Assembly (NCBI GenBank): GCA_964355745.1
Contig: CAYHEN010000002.1
Span: forward strand, 1 to 42,788
DNA length: 42,788 nt
DNA from: Candidatus Woesearchaeota archaeon
GTDB lineage: Archaea; Nanobdellota; Nanobdellia; Pacearchaeales; GW2011-AR1
Direction: 5' to 3'
A program made the position numbers and the translations under genes. Below the pieces are notes generated by a model. It was not told where the DNA came from. It ran no database searches and worked only from the letters and a program-made list of their open reading frames with translations. This document shows positions 32,572-41,712 of the stretch, piece by piece (positions within the stretch are counted from its first letter, which is position 1; every line of letters begins with the position of its first letter).

Positions 32572-34146
32572 TTATTTAACCTCTAAAAGTTTTTCAACTG
32601 TTTTATTCCCAAGAGCAAGCAAAAACATAGGCAAACGGGGGCCTGTGTCAGCATCTACCAGCATCTGATAAACATTTTTGAAAAAGCGTCTTTGTGCGAG
32701 TTTCTTTTCTTCTTCTTTCATCCCTGGTTTTTTTGGAATTTCATAAACAAAGGCAGTGAGTTTTTCTGTATCCATTTTCTTTTTCATTTGTTCTCCTAAT
32801 TTTATTATCTGCTCTTTTCCCTCTTGGTTCAGTTTTTTAAAATAATTAACATTTGGGGTTTTTCTTACTTTTATTTTCATTCCAGGGTTGAATCTTTCAA
32901 TCCACGCCTGTGATTTTTCCAGCCGAAGTTTCAGCATTTTTTCGTCATACTTCTGTTCAATTCTGTCATACATTTTTTTTAATTCAGAAAAATCTCCCTG
33001 AACAATCTGCCCAAAAGAAGCAATCTGTCTGAAGGAAATTCTTACTTTTGCTAAAGGCTTTTTTGTCTTTGAAAATTCTATTTCTCTCTTCTCTTCATTT
33101 GTAAGTCTTTCATTATAATAGTCTATTATTTTTTGATCAAATTCTTCATACTGCCTTATTATCTGCGAGTCAAAAAACAGCGTTATTGGCTTTAAGGGTT
33201 TGACTCTAGTGAAAATCCATCTCAATAATTCTGGTTCGTAAATTTCCAGCAAGTCTTTCGGAGAAATGCCTGTTCCCTTTGAACTCGACATCTTGAATGC
33301 TCCTTCAACTCCAACAAATCCATACCCTTGAAATAACGGAGGATTTATTCCGTAAATTTCTTTTGCAATCATTTTTGAAACATCATAACTTCCTCCTGGA
33401 GATGCATGGTCTTCTCCTCCTGGTTCAAAGCTAACATCCTCATATTTCCATCTCATTGCCCAATCAACTTTCCAGTCCAGTTTTCCAATATTCTTTTTTG
33501 ATATATCTACTTTTTCTCTTTGTCCACACTTGCAGTAATAAGTAACTTCATCGCCTTCATACTTTATTATTTTTGTATTAAGGTTGCTTTTACATTTTGT
33601 GCAGTAAATTTGCAATGGATAATAGTTTTCAATTCCCTCCTTACTCATGCCCTGTGTTTTGAATTTCGCGAGAATTTTTGCTATTTCCTTCCTCTTTTGC
33701 ATCGCGATTTTTATTCCTTCGTAATATTTGTTTTTCCTGTACATTTCTGTCTGATGAATAAATCTGATATCAATTCCCAATTCAGGCAAAACTTCTTCAA
33801 AATCTGCTTCAAAATGTTTTGCATAGGAATTATGGCATTTATAGGGGTCAGGAATCTCTGCCAGAGGCATTCCTAAATATACAGAAAAACTTTGGGGGAT
33901 ATTCGCAGGAATTTTTCTCAGTCTGTCAAACTCGTCCCAGGAGAAAATCAATTCTGCTTTGTACCCTTTGTCTTTAAGCGCTCTTCCAACCAAATCAATA
34001 GTAATAACATCTCTGAAATTCCCAATATGAACTGTTCCGGAGGGCGAAATCCCTGCAGCACATACAAATTTTTTCTTTTTTGGATTTAACGCGATTAATT
34101 TTTCAGCAATAGCATCTGCCCAATGCTTCTCATTTTCTTCAATCAT
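32572..34146 (-). CDS. lysS: lysine--tRNA ligase, class I
   Basis: GISPSGTVHIGN, WKVDWAMRW, KMSSSKG, GPRL. Confidence 0.97.
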   Translation of the reverse strand: MIEENEKHWADAIAEKLIALNPKKKKFVCAAGISPSGTVHIGNFRDVITIDLVGRALKDKGYKAELIFSWDEFDRLRKIPANIPQSFSVYLGMPLAEIPDPYKCHNSYAKHFEADFEEVLPELGIDIRFIHQTEMYRKNKYYEGIKIAMQKRKEIAKILAKFKTQGMSKEGIENYYPLQIYCTKCKSNLNTKIIKYEGDEVTYYCKCGQREKVDISKKNIGKLDWKVDWAMRWKYEDVSFEPGGEDHASPGGSYDVSKMIAKEIYGINPPLFQGYGFVGVEGAFKMSSSKGTGISPKDLLEIYEPELLRWIFTRVKPLKPITLFFDSQIIRQYEEFDQKIIDYYNERLTNEEKREIEFSKTKKPLAKVRISFRQIASFGQIVQGDFSELKKMYDRIEQKYDEKMLKLRLEKSQAWIERFNPGMKIKVRKTPNVNYFKKLNQEGKEQIIKLGEQMKKKMDTEKLTAFVYEIPKKPGMKEEEKKLAQRRFFKNVYQMLVDADTGPRLPMFLLALGNKTVEKLLEVK

Positions 34147-34185
34147 TACTTTTTCAATATTCCTTATCTTATAAAATTTTGTTTC

Positions 34186-34587
34186 TTATTTCCTATCCAA
34201 TTCCTCATTTAAGATTTCATCAACAATTCTCTGAAATCTGTCCCATCTTGAAATATGTTTATATTTTATTGACTTAAAATTCTCCTGCAGTTTTTGTACC
34301 TTGAGAAATAATTTCAATAATTCTTGTTTTCTAACTCTGTACTTCCCTAAAAGCTGATTGACAACTAATTCAGAATCAAGAAAACAAGTGATTTCTCCTT
34401 TTGTATACCTTGTTGCCAGCTCAAGCGCCTTAATCAGAGCTTCGTATTCTGCAATGTTGTTTGTAACGAGCTTTCCAATTTTAGCGCTGTATTTTGTGAG
34501 AATTTTTTCATTGTCTCTGACAATAACTCCAATTGCTCCTAATCCGGGATTTCCACGGCTTCCTCCATCTGAGTTGGTGTGTATCAC
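34186..34587 (-). CDS. rnhA: ribonuclease HI
   Basis: DGGSRGNPG, TNNIAEY, DSELVV. Confidence 0.93.
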   Translation of the reverse strand: MIHTNSDGGSRGNPGLGAIGVIVRDNEKILTKYSAKIGKLVTNNIAEYEALIKALELATRYTKGEITCFLDSELVVNQLLGKYRVRKQELLKLFLKVQKLQENFKSIKYKHISRWDRFQRIVDEILNEELDRK

Positions 34588-34704
34588 AAGTTAGAAAATG
34601 AAGAGGAGTTTTTATAATTTGTTTTTAATGAGAAAAGGATATACTAATAATATGCTTTCGATTAAAGAAATCTTTAAATAGGATTATAATGAGTCATCTA
34701 TACA

Positions 34705-35073
34705 ATGAGATTAGATACAGAACTTTTAAAGTCATATGTTGGAGGACAGCTTGAAGTTCAAAATCGTGGTGAAAAATATTTTTATAGAGGAGAAATAGCT
34801 GAAGCATCTGTTGAAAATAATGAGCTAAGAGTTAAACTGTCTTGGAATGCAAAAGGTGAGGGATTTCCACCAATACCTCATAAATGGGTTAAAGATAGTG
34901 CTCACTTAAATTATGTTGCAAGTTTAGAGATTTATGCTGTTTCTGATATTGGAGATGACAGAATCTGCCTTGATTCTTCAATTGTAGGGGAAACAGCTGT
35001 TCTATTTCCAAGAAATGGAAGCAAACTAGACCCATCAAAAGTAGAAGGATTTGTTCTTGAAAAAAAGAGTTAA
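34705..35073 (+). CDS. hypothetical protein
   Basis: ORF with TTTAAATA box upstream. Confidence 0.65.
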   Translation: MRLDTELLKSYVGGQLEVQNRGEKYFYRGEIAEASVENNELRVKLSWNAKGEGFPPIPHKWVKDSAHLNYVASLEIYAVSDIGDDRICLDSSIVGETAVLFPRNGSKLDPSKVEGFVLEKKS

Positions 35074-35087
35074 TTTTATTGTATAAA

Positions 35088-35363
35088 TCAAATATGCAAA
35101 ATCTTGAATTCTTTAAAGCCCTGAAATTTTTCTTCCTTAACTTCCACTTTTTCTATCTGTGAGTGCTTTGGCCCCTGCTTACATAAGTCAATCATCTTAT
35201 CAACATTATCGTTGTCTCCTTCAATAAAAACTTCAACTCTTCCATCTTCCAAATTTCTGACAAACCCTCTTAAGTTCTGCCTTTCTGCATTGTCTTTTAT
35301 AAACTGCCTAAAAAAAACCCCCTGAACAGTTCCTTCAATGTAGAGTCTTACCGCCTTTTTCAT
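35088..35363 (-). CDS. acyP: acylphosphatase
   Basis: GTVQGVFFR and GFVRNLEDGRVE. Confidence 0.95.
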   Translation of the reverse strand: MKKAVRLYIEGTVQGVFFRQFIKDNAERQNLRGFVRNLEDGRVEVFIEGDNDNVDKMIDLCKQGPKHSQIEKVEVKEEKFQGFKEFKILHI

Positions 35364-35432
35364 AAGAACATAAATCGCTTTGCATTATTAAAGATTTTGA
35401 TGTGGAATTCAAGGTTACAAGTTAAAGATAAA

Positions 35433-36014
35433 TTAAATTCCCCTTCGGTCTAGTTCGTTATTAACAACTGCAACTGTCTGCGAAGCAAAATACGTTCTAT
35501 TCCCAACAGAAACTAAATTTGACATTTCTTTTAACCTCTTTAATTCTTTTTTTGGAAGCCCTTCATGATCTCCCAATACAAAAATGCAATTTTTTCCAAT
35601 TTTTATTTTTCTTATGTCCTCCCCTCTTTTATCAAGTAAAAATATTTCTTTTCCTTCCTTGCTTAATTCTTCAATGACTTTTAGAAAACTTTTTTTCTCA
35701 ACAAAGCATCCTGGAAGAACCTCTGTCTTTTTTCCAGGTTTATATTTATACAAAATTTTTTTTATTAAGTTTCCTACATCTTTTTTGCTTATTTCTAGCT
35801 CGTCTTTTACCTGAATTTCTATGTGCTTTGGAGGATCAGGATTCCCATAAAATATAAAGTGAAATTTCATATCTTTTCTGAAACCGTGGGACAAAAATAC
35901 TCCCTGAATAAAACTATGGATTGCGATATCCATTCTCCCTGCTTTCATTAGCTCATTTGTGTTAAAATTTCCAGAAGTCCTTGCACTTTGAGAAAAATAA
36001 ACAAATTCACGCAT
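35433..36014 (-). CDS. trmY: tRNA (pseudouridine54-N1)-methyltransferase
   Basis: AGRMDI, FLSHGFR, FVLGDHEG, NELDR SPOUT motifs. Confidence 0.9.
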   Translation of the reverse strand: MREFVYFSQSARTSGNFNTNELMKAGRMDIAIHSFIQGVFLSHGFRKDMKFHFIFYGNPDPPKHIEIQVKDELEISKKDVGNLIKKILYKYKPGKKTEVLPGCFVEKKSFLKVIEELSKEGKEIFLLDKRGEDIRKIKIGKNCIFVLGDHEGLPKKELKRLKEMSNLVSVGNRTYFASQTVAVVNNELDRRGI

Positions 36015-36016
36015 GA

Positions 36017-36718
36017 CTAATCTCCATTATTCTTTTTAATTTCTTTTTTCAGTTCTTTATCTACTTGCCCTTTATGTTTTCTGCAGTAATATTCTATTTT
36101 GCTTGAGCGAGAGTGAGCTGGTTCATATTTCATCCCTTTAGACATGAGATTTCTTTCATGTAACTCATGCAACAGAACAAATTTAATTTCATCTGGTTCT
36201 ACATCATCATCAATCCATACCTCGTTTTTTGGAATAAAAGAATAAACATAACCGTGTCCACCTTCTGTGAAATCGAGGAAAAATAAACTTCTAACAGATT
36301 CTCCCCCAACTATCCAAACTTTGATTTTTTTTGTGCTGTATTTTTGAAGAAGATTTTTATGCACAGAATCTATTAATTTTTCAGGATATTTCCTTAATTT
36401 AATTCTTTTTTTCATTAATTTTGATTTTGCTCTTTCACTTTTTTCTTTTTGGTCTGCAATCTTTATCGCATCATCCTGCTTCATTCCTTTTGCTAAAAGC
36501 TTGTTAATCGTGAGCATAGAATTAATGTAGTATTTTTCCTCTCCTGAAATTCTTTCTTTGTCTATCCAAAACTCGTTTTTTGGAATAAAATTAAACAAAT
36601 AGCGCTGCCCAAAATTAGTGAATTCCTCATCCATATTTTTTCTTATGTATTCTCCATCAACTATAAAAACCTTGAACCCAGAAACTTCTGAAAATTTTTT
36701 AAGATAAGGCTTTTTCAT
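36017..36718 (-). CDS. internally duplicated protein with an HExxH motif in the second repeat
   Basis: two KV-x-IV-x-GE-x2-R...FT...FIPKNE-x-WID repeats; LLHELHE. Confidence 0.7.
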   Translation of the reverse strand: MKKPYLKKFSEVSGFKVFIVDGEYIRKNMDEEFTNFGQRYLFNFIPKNEFWIDKERISGEEKYYINSMLTINKLLAKGMKQDDAIKIADQKEKSERAKSKLMKKRIKLRKYPEKLIDSVHKNLLQKYSTKKIKVWIVGGESVRSLFFLDFTEGGHGYVYSFIPKNEVWIDDDVEPDEIKFVLLHELHERNLMSKGMKYEPAHSRSSKIEYYCRKHKGQVDKELKKEIKKNNGD

Positions 36719-36764
36719 TATAATAGAAAAAGAAATTCAATTATTAAAGCTTTTTATAATCAGA

Positions 36765-37109
36765 TTATTTTTTTATATTATTTTTTTCATCTAATATTAT
36801 TATCTTAGGTTTAATTCTTTCGGTTTTATTAGCATTAGCAAATGCCATTATCGTTACCCTATCTCCAACACAGCTATATCTGGCACCTGCACCATTGACA
36901 GCAATTATTCCAGAACCTGCCACACCTTTCATTACATATGTTTCATATCTGTTTCCATTTGTAAAATTTGCTACTAATACTTTTTCATATTCTACTATTC
37001 CAGCCTCTTTCATTAAATTTTCGTCGATAGTTATACTTCCTTCATATTCCAAATTTGCTTCTGTGATTCTTGCAGTATGAATTTTTGATTTTAATACAAA
37101 TATTTTCAT
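36765..37109 (-). CDS. panD: aspartate 1-decarboxylase (pyruvoyl-dependent)
   Basis: KSKIH, YEG|SITID autocleavage site, RYETY, NGAGAR. Confidence 0.93.
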   Translation of the reverse strand: MKIFVLKSKIHTARITEANLEYEGSITIDENLMKEAGIVEYEKVLVANFTNGNRYETYVMKGVAGSGIIAVNGAGARYSCVGDRVTIMAFANANKTERIKPKIIILDEKNNIKK

Positions 37110-37150
37110 AAATCAGATAGTGACTTGTCTTTTTTAAATAAATATGTTTT

Positions 37151-38005
37151 CTACTTTAAAGGTTGCAGAACAAATTCAGGACGGGCAAAAACATTTTTTT
37201 CATTTACTATTTTATACATACCGACAAACTGCTCTCCTGCAAATATACAGACAATTTTATTTTTTTCGGGTTCTTCTTTTTTTACCAGGAATTTGCTATC
37301 TATCGGAGCTCCGTGAAGAAGCTTGTCAACAAATTGTTTTTTGACTTCAAAAGAAGGATAAATCGTGCCTATTGTTTCTGCTGGAATAATCTTTTCTTTC
37401 AAATCTTTTTCATCAAATTGTTCTATGTCTCTCAATTGGACAGAATCTTTTTCTTGAAATATTCCTGCCCTTATCCTTCTTAATTTTGTCATATGCGCTC
37501 CAACACCGAGGCTTTCTCCTAAGTCATGAACTAATTTTCTTATGTAAGTCCCCCCTTGTACTTCTGTTCTGAATGTTACGTCTTTTCCATTTTTTTCAAT
37601 AAGGTGGAAAACTTTTATTTCTCTTTCTCTTTCTTGTCTTTTTACTCTTGAGCGAACAGGAGGAAGCTGCATAATTTTTCCTATGAAGCCTTTTTTGATT
37701 GCTTCTTTTGTCTTTTCCAGAGAAATATCTCCATGAATCTTCATTGTTCCTATGTACTCTTTGTCCTCTCCAAGAAAAAATCCTGTTAATTTGCATGCCC
37801 TGTTCAATGCAATAGGCAAAACTCCTGTAACCATGGGATCAAGAGTTCCAAAGTGGCTCGTTTTTCTTAATTTTAATTTTTTTCTTACGAAATCAGAGAC
37901 ATCAAAACTTGTCATGTTTTGTGGCTTGTCAATATTTATAATTCCAAATTCAAGAAGCTCTTTTGTTGATTTCTTTTCTTTTATTTTTTCAAGATTTATT
38001 TGCAT
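37151..38005 (-). CDS. cbf5: pseudouridine synthase Cbf5/TruB
   Basis: IDKP, HFGTLDP, GTYIRKL, LRRIRAG. Confidence 0.95.
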   Translation of the reverse strand: MQINLEKIKEKKSTKELLEFGIINIDKPQNMTSFDVSDFVRKKLKLRKTSHFGTLDPMVTGVLPIALNRACKLTGFFLGEDKEYIGTMKIHGDISLEKTKEAIKKGFIGKIMQLPPVRSRVKRQEREREIKVFHLIEKNGKDVTFRTEVQGGTYIRKLVHDLGESLGVGAHMTKLRRIRAGIFQEKDSVQLRDIEQFDEKDLKEKIIPAETIGTIYPSFEVKKQFVDKLLHGAPIDSKFLVKKEEPEKNKIVCIFAGEQFVGMYKIVNEKNVFARPEFVLQPLK

Positions 38006-38705
38006 TTTCTTCTTTTTCTCTTTTCATCTTTTCCTTTTTAATTTTTCTTAATTCTGTCATTTTCTCTGTCGCATAAGAAAATGCGTTTGGTTTCATGTTC
38101 AAGTGTATCAATATGAATTCTCTGACAGCAGTCCTGTTCTTTTTTCCTGCTTCTCTCAGCATCCAGCCAGCGGCTTTCTGAACATAAATATCTTTGTCAT
38201 AAATTAAATCCTCAGCCAGCCTTAATGTGAGTTCAATTTTATTTTTTTTGATTAAGGGATATGTAGAAACAATGCTAATTCTTCTAAACCAGGAGTTTTT
38301 GCTTTCGCTCATCTGTTTTATATCAGCCATTATTCTGATATCTTCTGCAAGAATAATTCCTAAAATATGGGAAGACAACTCATCAACATGATCCCAGGTT
38401 TTTGCTTTTTCAATTCTGTCTAACAAAAATTTCCAGACATATTGTGGTTGGGATTTTACATATCCCTCAAGAAGATACAAAGCAAAACTCATTTCTTCAT
38501 GATTTCCAGAATTCCAAAGTTCATCAAATAAATTCAATGCAGAATGAAATTCTAATTTTTTATACTCTTTAACTAATTTCCTTATGTCAGGAACTTTGAT
38601 TCCATAAAATTCATAAGGAGATTTCAGATATTTTTTATTAAATTCCGCCTTTTCCCAATTTCCTAATTTTTTTAACTCCTCTCTAATTTGTTCTATTTCT
38701 TCCAT
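37989..38705 (-). CDS. DNA alkylation repair protein (AlkD-like)
   Basis: YGIKVPDIR, TWDHVD, YVQKAAGWMLRE. Confidence 0.9.
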   Translation of the reverse strand: MEEIEQIREELKKLGNWEKAEFNKKYLKSPYEFYGIKVPDIRKLVKEYKKLEFHSALNLFDELWNSGNHEEMSFALYLLEGYVKSQPQYVWKFLLDRIEKAKTWDHVDELSSHILGIILAEDIRIMADIKQMSESKNSWFRRISIVSTYPLIKKNKIELTLRLAEDLIYDKDIYVQKAAGWMLREAGKKNRTAVREFILIHLNMKPNAFSYATEKMTELRKIKKEKMKREKEENANKS

Positions 38706-38826
38706 CTTAATCTCTTCTCCTAAGATTATGATGCATGAAAAAATTTATTTTTTCTTCTAACATAACTTGAAAAAAGAATTAATCTATAAAAACCTATTTC
38801 TCTTTGATTAATGAAAGTTATGTAAT

Positions 38827-39045
38827 CTATGGTCGTAATCTTCTACTTCTATGCCTGTGATAATAATATTCATGATAATGAGAATTTTTGTTATTTAAAT
38901 TTGCTTTTATTTTATCTAACCCTCCTTTCCTATGGACATTTTCAGCGTCCATTCTCCATCCGCAAGCTAAACATATAAATTTTTTCTTGGATATAAAGCG
39001 TCTTTGAATATATAGTTTTGAATTACAAACAGGACATTGTGCCAT
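38827..39045 (-). CDS. small zinc-ribbon protein
   Basis: CPVC...CLAC; TATA-like upstream. Confidence 0.6.
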   Translation of the reverse strand: MAQCPVCNSKLYIQRRFISKKKFICLACGWRMDAENVHRKGGLDKIKANLNNKNSHYHEYYYHRHRSRRLRP

Positions 39046-39082
39046 TATTTATCTAAGACATTCAAACTTAAAAATCTATTTA

Positions 39083-39667
39083 CTAACGTCCTCTGCCAGA
39101 TTGGTTATATCCTGTCCTCTGATTTTTCTCCTGTTTTGGAGACTGAACTTTTGTAGTGTGTTTCTCTTTTTTTGCAGCAGCCTTTTCCATTTCTGTTCCT
39201 GCTTCTACAACAGCTGCCTTGTTCTCTTTTTCTTCTTTCTTTTCAATTTTCTCTTCAATTTTTGGAACTTCTTCCTGCTCTGTCTTCTTTTCTTCTTTTT
39301 TCTTCTCTGCAATTTTCTTTGCCTGAGTTTCTACTTTTTCTTCTCTGAGTTTCTTGAATTTTATGTTTTGAGGCATGTCAACTGCTTTAACTTTTACAAT
39401 GTCGCCCTCTTTAACTGCCAGCACTTTTATTTTTGCAGGAGGATTTTTTATGCCTCTGTGCCATAATGTTTCATTGAGATATTTGTCAATTTTTATCTTG
39501 TCCAAATCCCTGTCTCTTATTTTCATGTGCCTTGCTAAAAATTCCTTCACTGCTTTTACTGCTTTACTTGTTCTCTTATATTTTGGAACAATTTTCCATC
39601 TGTGTCTTAATGGAATGATATATTCTCTCTCAATTTTTTCTGTTTTTATTTCTTTTTTTTCTGCCAT
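39083..39667 (-). CDS. rpl31e: 50S ribosomal protein L31e with long charged C-terminal extension
   Basis: EREYIIPLR, LNETLWHRGIKNPP; K/E-rich tail. Confidence 0.95.
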   Translation of the reverse strand: MAEKKEIKTEKIEREYIIPLRHRWKIVPKYKRTSKAVKAVKEFLARHMKIRDRDLDKIKIDKYLNETLWHRGIKNPPAKIKVLAVKEGDIVKVKAVDMPQNIKFKKLREEKVETQAKKIAEKKKEEKKTEQEEVPKIEEKIEKKEEKENKAAVVEAGTEMEKAAAKKEKHTTKVQSPKQEKNQRTGYNQSGRGR

Positions 39668-39671
39668 ATTC

Positions 39672-39875
39672 TTATCCTAGATGCCACTTCCTGATTTTTC
39701 TTGGTTTAATATGCAATTTTGTTCTTCTCCAACTCCTTCTATGTGAAGTTACTGCAGAAGGATGTATCTTTTTTCCCGCTCCAAACTTTTTTAACACAAC
39801 CCAAACAGGCGCCCACTTAGTCTGTCTCGCTTTCACAGCAAGCTTCGCTTTTTTTTCAGAATCTCTGCTGTTCAT
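39672..39875 (-). CDS. rpl39e: 50S ribosomal protein L39e
   Basis: APVWV and RRSWRRTKL; directly upstream of rpl31e. Confidence 0.9.
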   Translation of the reverse strand: MNSRDSEKKAKLAVKARQTKWAPVWVVLKKFGAGKKIHPSAVTSHRRSWRRTKLHIKPRKIRKWHLG

Positions 39876-40189
39876 GGCATTATCCTTTTTAATTTAATTC
39901 CTGATGATTCAATAAAGCTCTTTAAGCTCTTATGATTTTCTTCAAATGTTGTGCTTTTGAGAATTCCTTTTGGTCGGATTGTTAGCCTTTCTGCCATTTC
40001 ATGTGGAAGTCTTCCTCTTAGAACAATCTTCCCATAAGAATAATTCAACACAGAGCCCCCATCTCTTACTTTTTCTCTTATGTATCCTTTCTTCTCATCT
40101 TTTAATTTTGACATTAAATATTCTAATGTAGCAGGCTTGCCTTGTTCATCGTCTGCCCAATAATCAAAAGTCATTTTAATTAGCTCCAA
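39872..40189 (-). CDS. hypothetical protein
   Basis: ORF overlapping both neighbours. Confidence 0.6.
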   Translation of the reverse strand: MELIKMTFDYWADDEQGKPATLEYLMSKLKDEKKGYIREKVRDGGSVLNYSYGKIVLRGRLPHEMAERLTIRPKGILKSTTFEENHKSLKSFIESSGIKLKRIMP

Positions 40190-40379
40190 TTGTTTTTCCT
40201 TTTAATTTACTCTTTTTTATTGCGTCCAGTATTTTCTCGTATGCTTTTTTTGAGAACACGACTCTGGTAAATGGGAAATCATCCTTATCTGGAAATATCT
40301 TTGCATCTACATCGCCATTTTCATATTTATTGTATATGCAGATTCTTGCTCCATAATAGTCAAATGTTCTTTCAGTCAT
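40176..40379 (-). CDS. hypothetical protein
   Basis: ATGA-coupled to rps19e. Confidence 0.6.
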   Translation of the reverse strand: MTERTFDYYGARICIYNKYENGDVDAKIFPDKDDFPFTRVVFSKKAYEKILDAIKKSKLKGKTIGAN

Positions 40380-40816
40380 TCTAAATTCTCCAAAAATGAT
40401 TTTCCTTTTTCAGTCAGTTTTCTTCCAGGTCTTTTTTCTTTTGTTCCTTTAATTTCTTTGATTGTTTCTGTAAATCCTGCTTTGTCAGCTTGCTGAAGAA
40501 TTGTCCTTATTATTTTTCCTCCAGCCTTCATAAACCTCTCTGGTTTCATCCCTCTGTTCTTCTTACTACCATACCTAGTTCTAAGTCTGTTCACCCCTAC
40601 AATTCCTTTTTTGTAAATCTGTCTCAATATGCTTGCTGCTCTCTTATACCAAAAATCAACATCTTCTATAGGCCTCTCTTTGCTTGGGGAGGATTTGACA
40701 AATTTTGCCCATTCTGGCTCTTTAAATTCAGGAATGCTTTTCAAGGCTGATGCTAATTTTAGATTATATTCTTGAGGACTTAATTCATAAATCGAATTTT
40801 TTTCCATGTTAATCAT
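40376..40816 (-). CDS. rps19e: 30S ribosomal protein S19e
   Basis: PEWAKFVK, WYKRAASILR, GGKIIRTILQQ. Confidence 0.96.
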   Translation of the reverse strand: MINMEKNSIYELSPQEYNLKLASALKSIPEFKEPEWAKFVKSSPSKERPIEDVDFWYKRAASILRQIYKKGIVGVNRLRTRYGSKKNRGMKPERFMKAGGKIIRTILQQADKAGFTETIKEIKGTKEKRPGRKLTEKGKSFLENLE

Positions 40817-40862
40817 TCCTTCATTCTGGTTTATACGAATGAGACCGAAATTTATTAAGGTC

Positions 40863-40930
40863 TAAACGGAATTAGAACAGCTTGCGCTGTTTGATAAAAT
40901 CTTGAGAAAAAAGGGATTTATAAATGTTGG
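40863..40930. repeat. about 70-bp imperfect direct repeat, copy 1 (rps19e promoter/leader)
   Basis: TAAACGGAATTAGAACAGC...CTGTTTGATAAAAT...TTGAGAA...TTTATAAA. Confidence 0.85.
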
Positions 40931-40945
40931 GGGTTTTGGTTTTAA

Positions 40946-41251
40946 TTAAACATAAACTTCTTGTTCTATTCCATTTATAAACTTCCAATCTAATTCTAAT
41001 AATTGCTTAACAGCAGGGTTATTCGTATTAAGCTTGTATAAATCAGATTTACCAACTCTTCTGGTTTTTATAACAATATTATTCCTTTCTAAATTATTCC
41101 AAAAAGTCTGGAGAGTAGAATAACCAACCCCTGAGTTTTTTGCTATTTCTGTTAAAGGATAATCAAATAACTGAAAAGTTATAAGGAAATCTAAAACTTT
41201 CATTACAGGGTTGTTTCCAAAGATTTCTATAAATGCACTTTCGTTTGTCAT
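40946..41251 (-). CDS. winged-HTH protein
   Basis: YPLTEIAKNSGVGYSTL...TRRVGKSDLYKLN. Confidence 0.8.
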   Translation of the reverse strand: MTNESAFIEIFGNNPVMKVLDFLITFQLFDYPLTEIAKNSGVGYSTLQTFWNNLERNNIVIKTRRVGKSDLYKLNTNNPAVKQLLELDWKFINGIEQEVYV

Positions 41252-41349
41252 ATTGTTGTAGTTGTACTTGTAGTATTTAAATGTTTCTATTAATGTTTTT
41301 ATATTACAAAAATAGGAATATTTAAATATTATTTCTAATTCTTTATTTT

Positions 41350-41625
41350 ATGGATTTTAATAATGAAGATAAAATTAAAGCAACCATCTTATATCATCTA
41401 AGAAGAAAAAAGGTTATTGGTGGTGTCCATACTCCTTTTGATACAATTACAAAAGGATTTCCATCTCATTTAGGAAAAGATATTAAGAAGATTGCTGAAG
41501 AACTTATTAGAAAAGGATACATTCTGAAAAAAACTACAAATTATGGGTTGCATATTCATTTGAACAAAGATAAATTGAAAGAGATTGAGGAATTTATTAA
41601 GAAAGTTCTTGGATACGAATTTTAA
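41350..41625 (+). CDS. small basic hypothetical protein
   Basis: ORF divergent from the HTH gene, TTTAAATA upstream. Confidence 0.65.
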   Translation: MDFNNEDKIKATILYHLRRKKVIGGVHTPFDTITKGFPSHLGKDIKKIAEELIRKGYILKKTTNYGLHIHLNKDKLKEIEEFIKKVLGYEF

Positions 41626-41695
41626 ACAGAATTAGAACAGCCTAAACTGTTTGATAAAATTAATTTTGAGAAGAAAGAGGTTTATAAAAGTTTGG
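41623..41695. repeat. about 70-bp imperfect direct repeat, copy 2
   Basis: aligns with 40863..40930. Confidence 0.85.
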
Positions 41696-41712
41696 TATTA
41701 AAGGTAATTTGG

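Noticed and set aside
37151-38005. Intron in cbf5 as in some Crenarchaeota
   Set aside because: Reading frame is continuous through HFGTLDP.
1122-40750. Many antisense or nested ORFs in the track (e.g. 2946..3305, 11751..12164, 30922..31467, 39101..39466)
   Set aside because: Shadow frames of well-supported genes with no motifs of their own.
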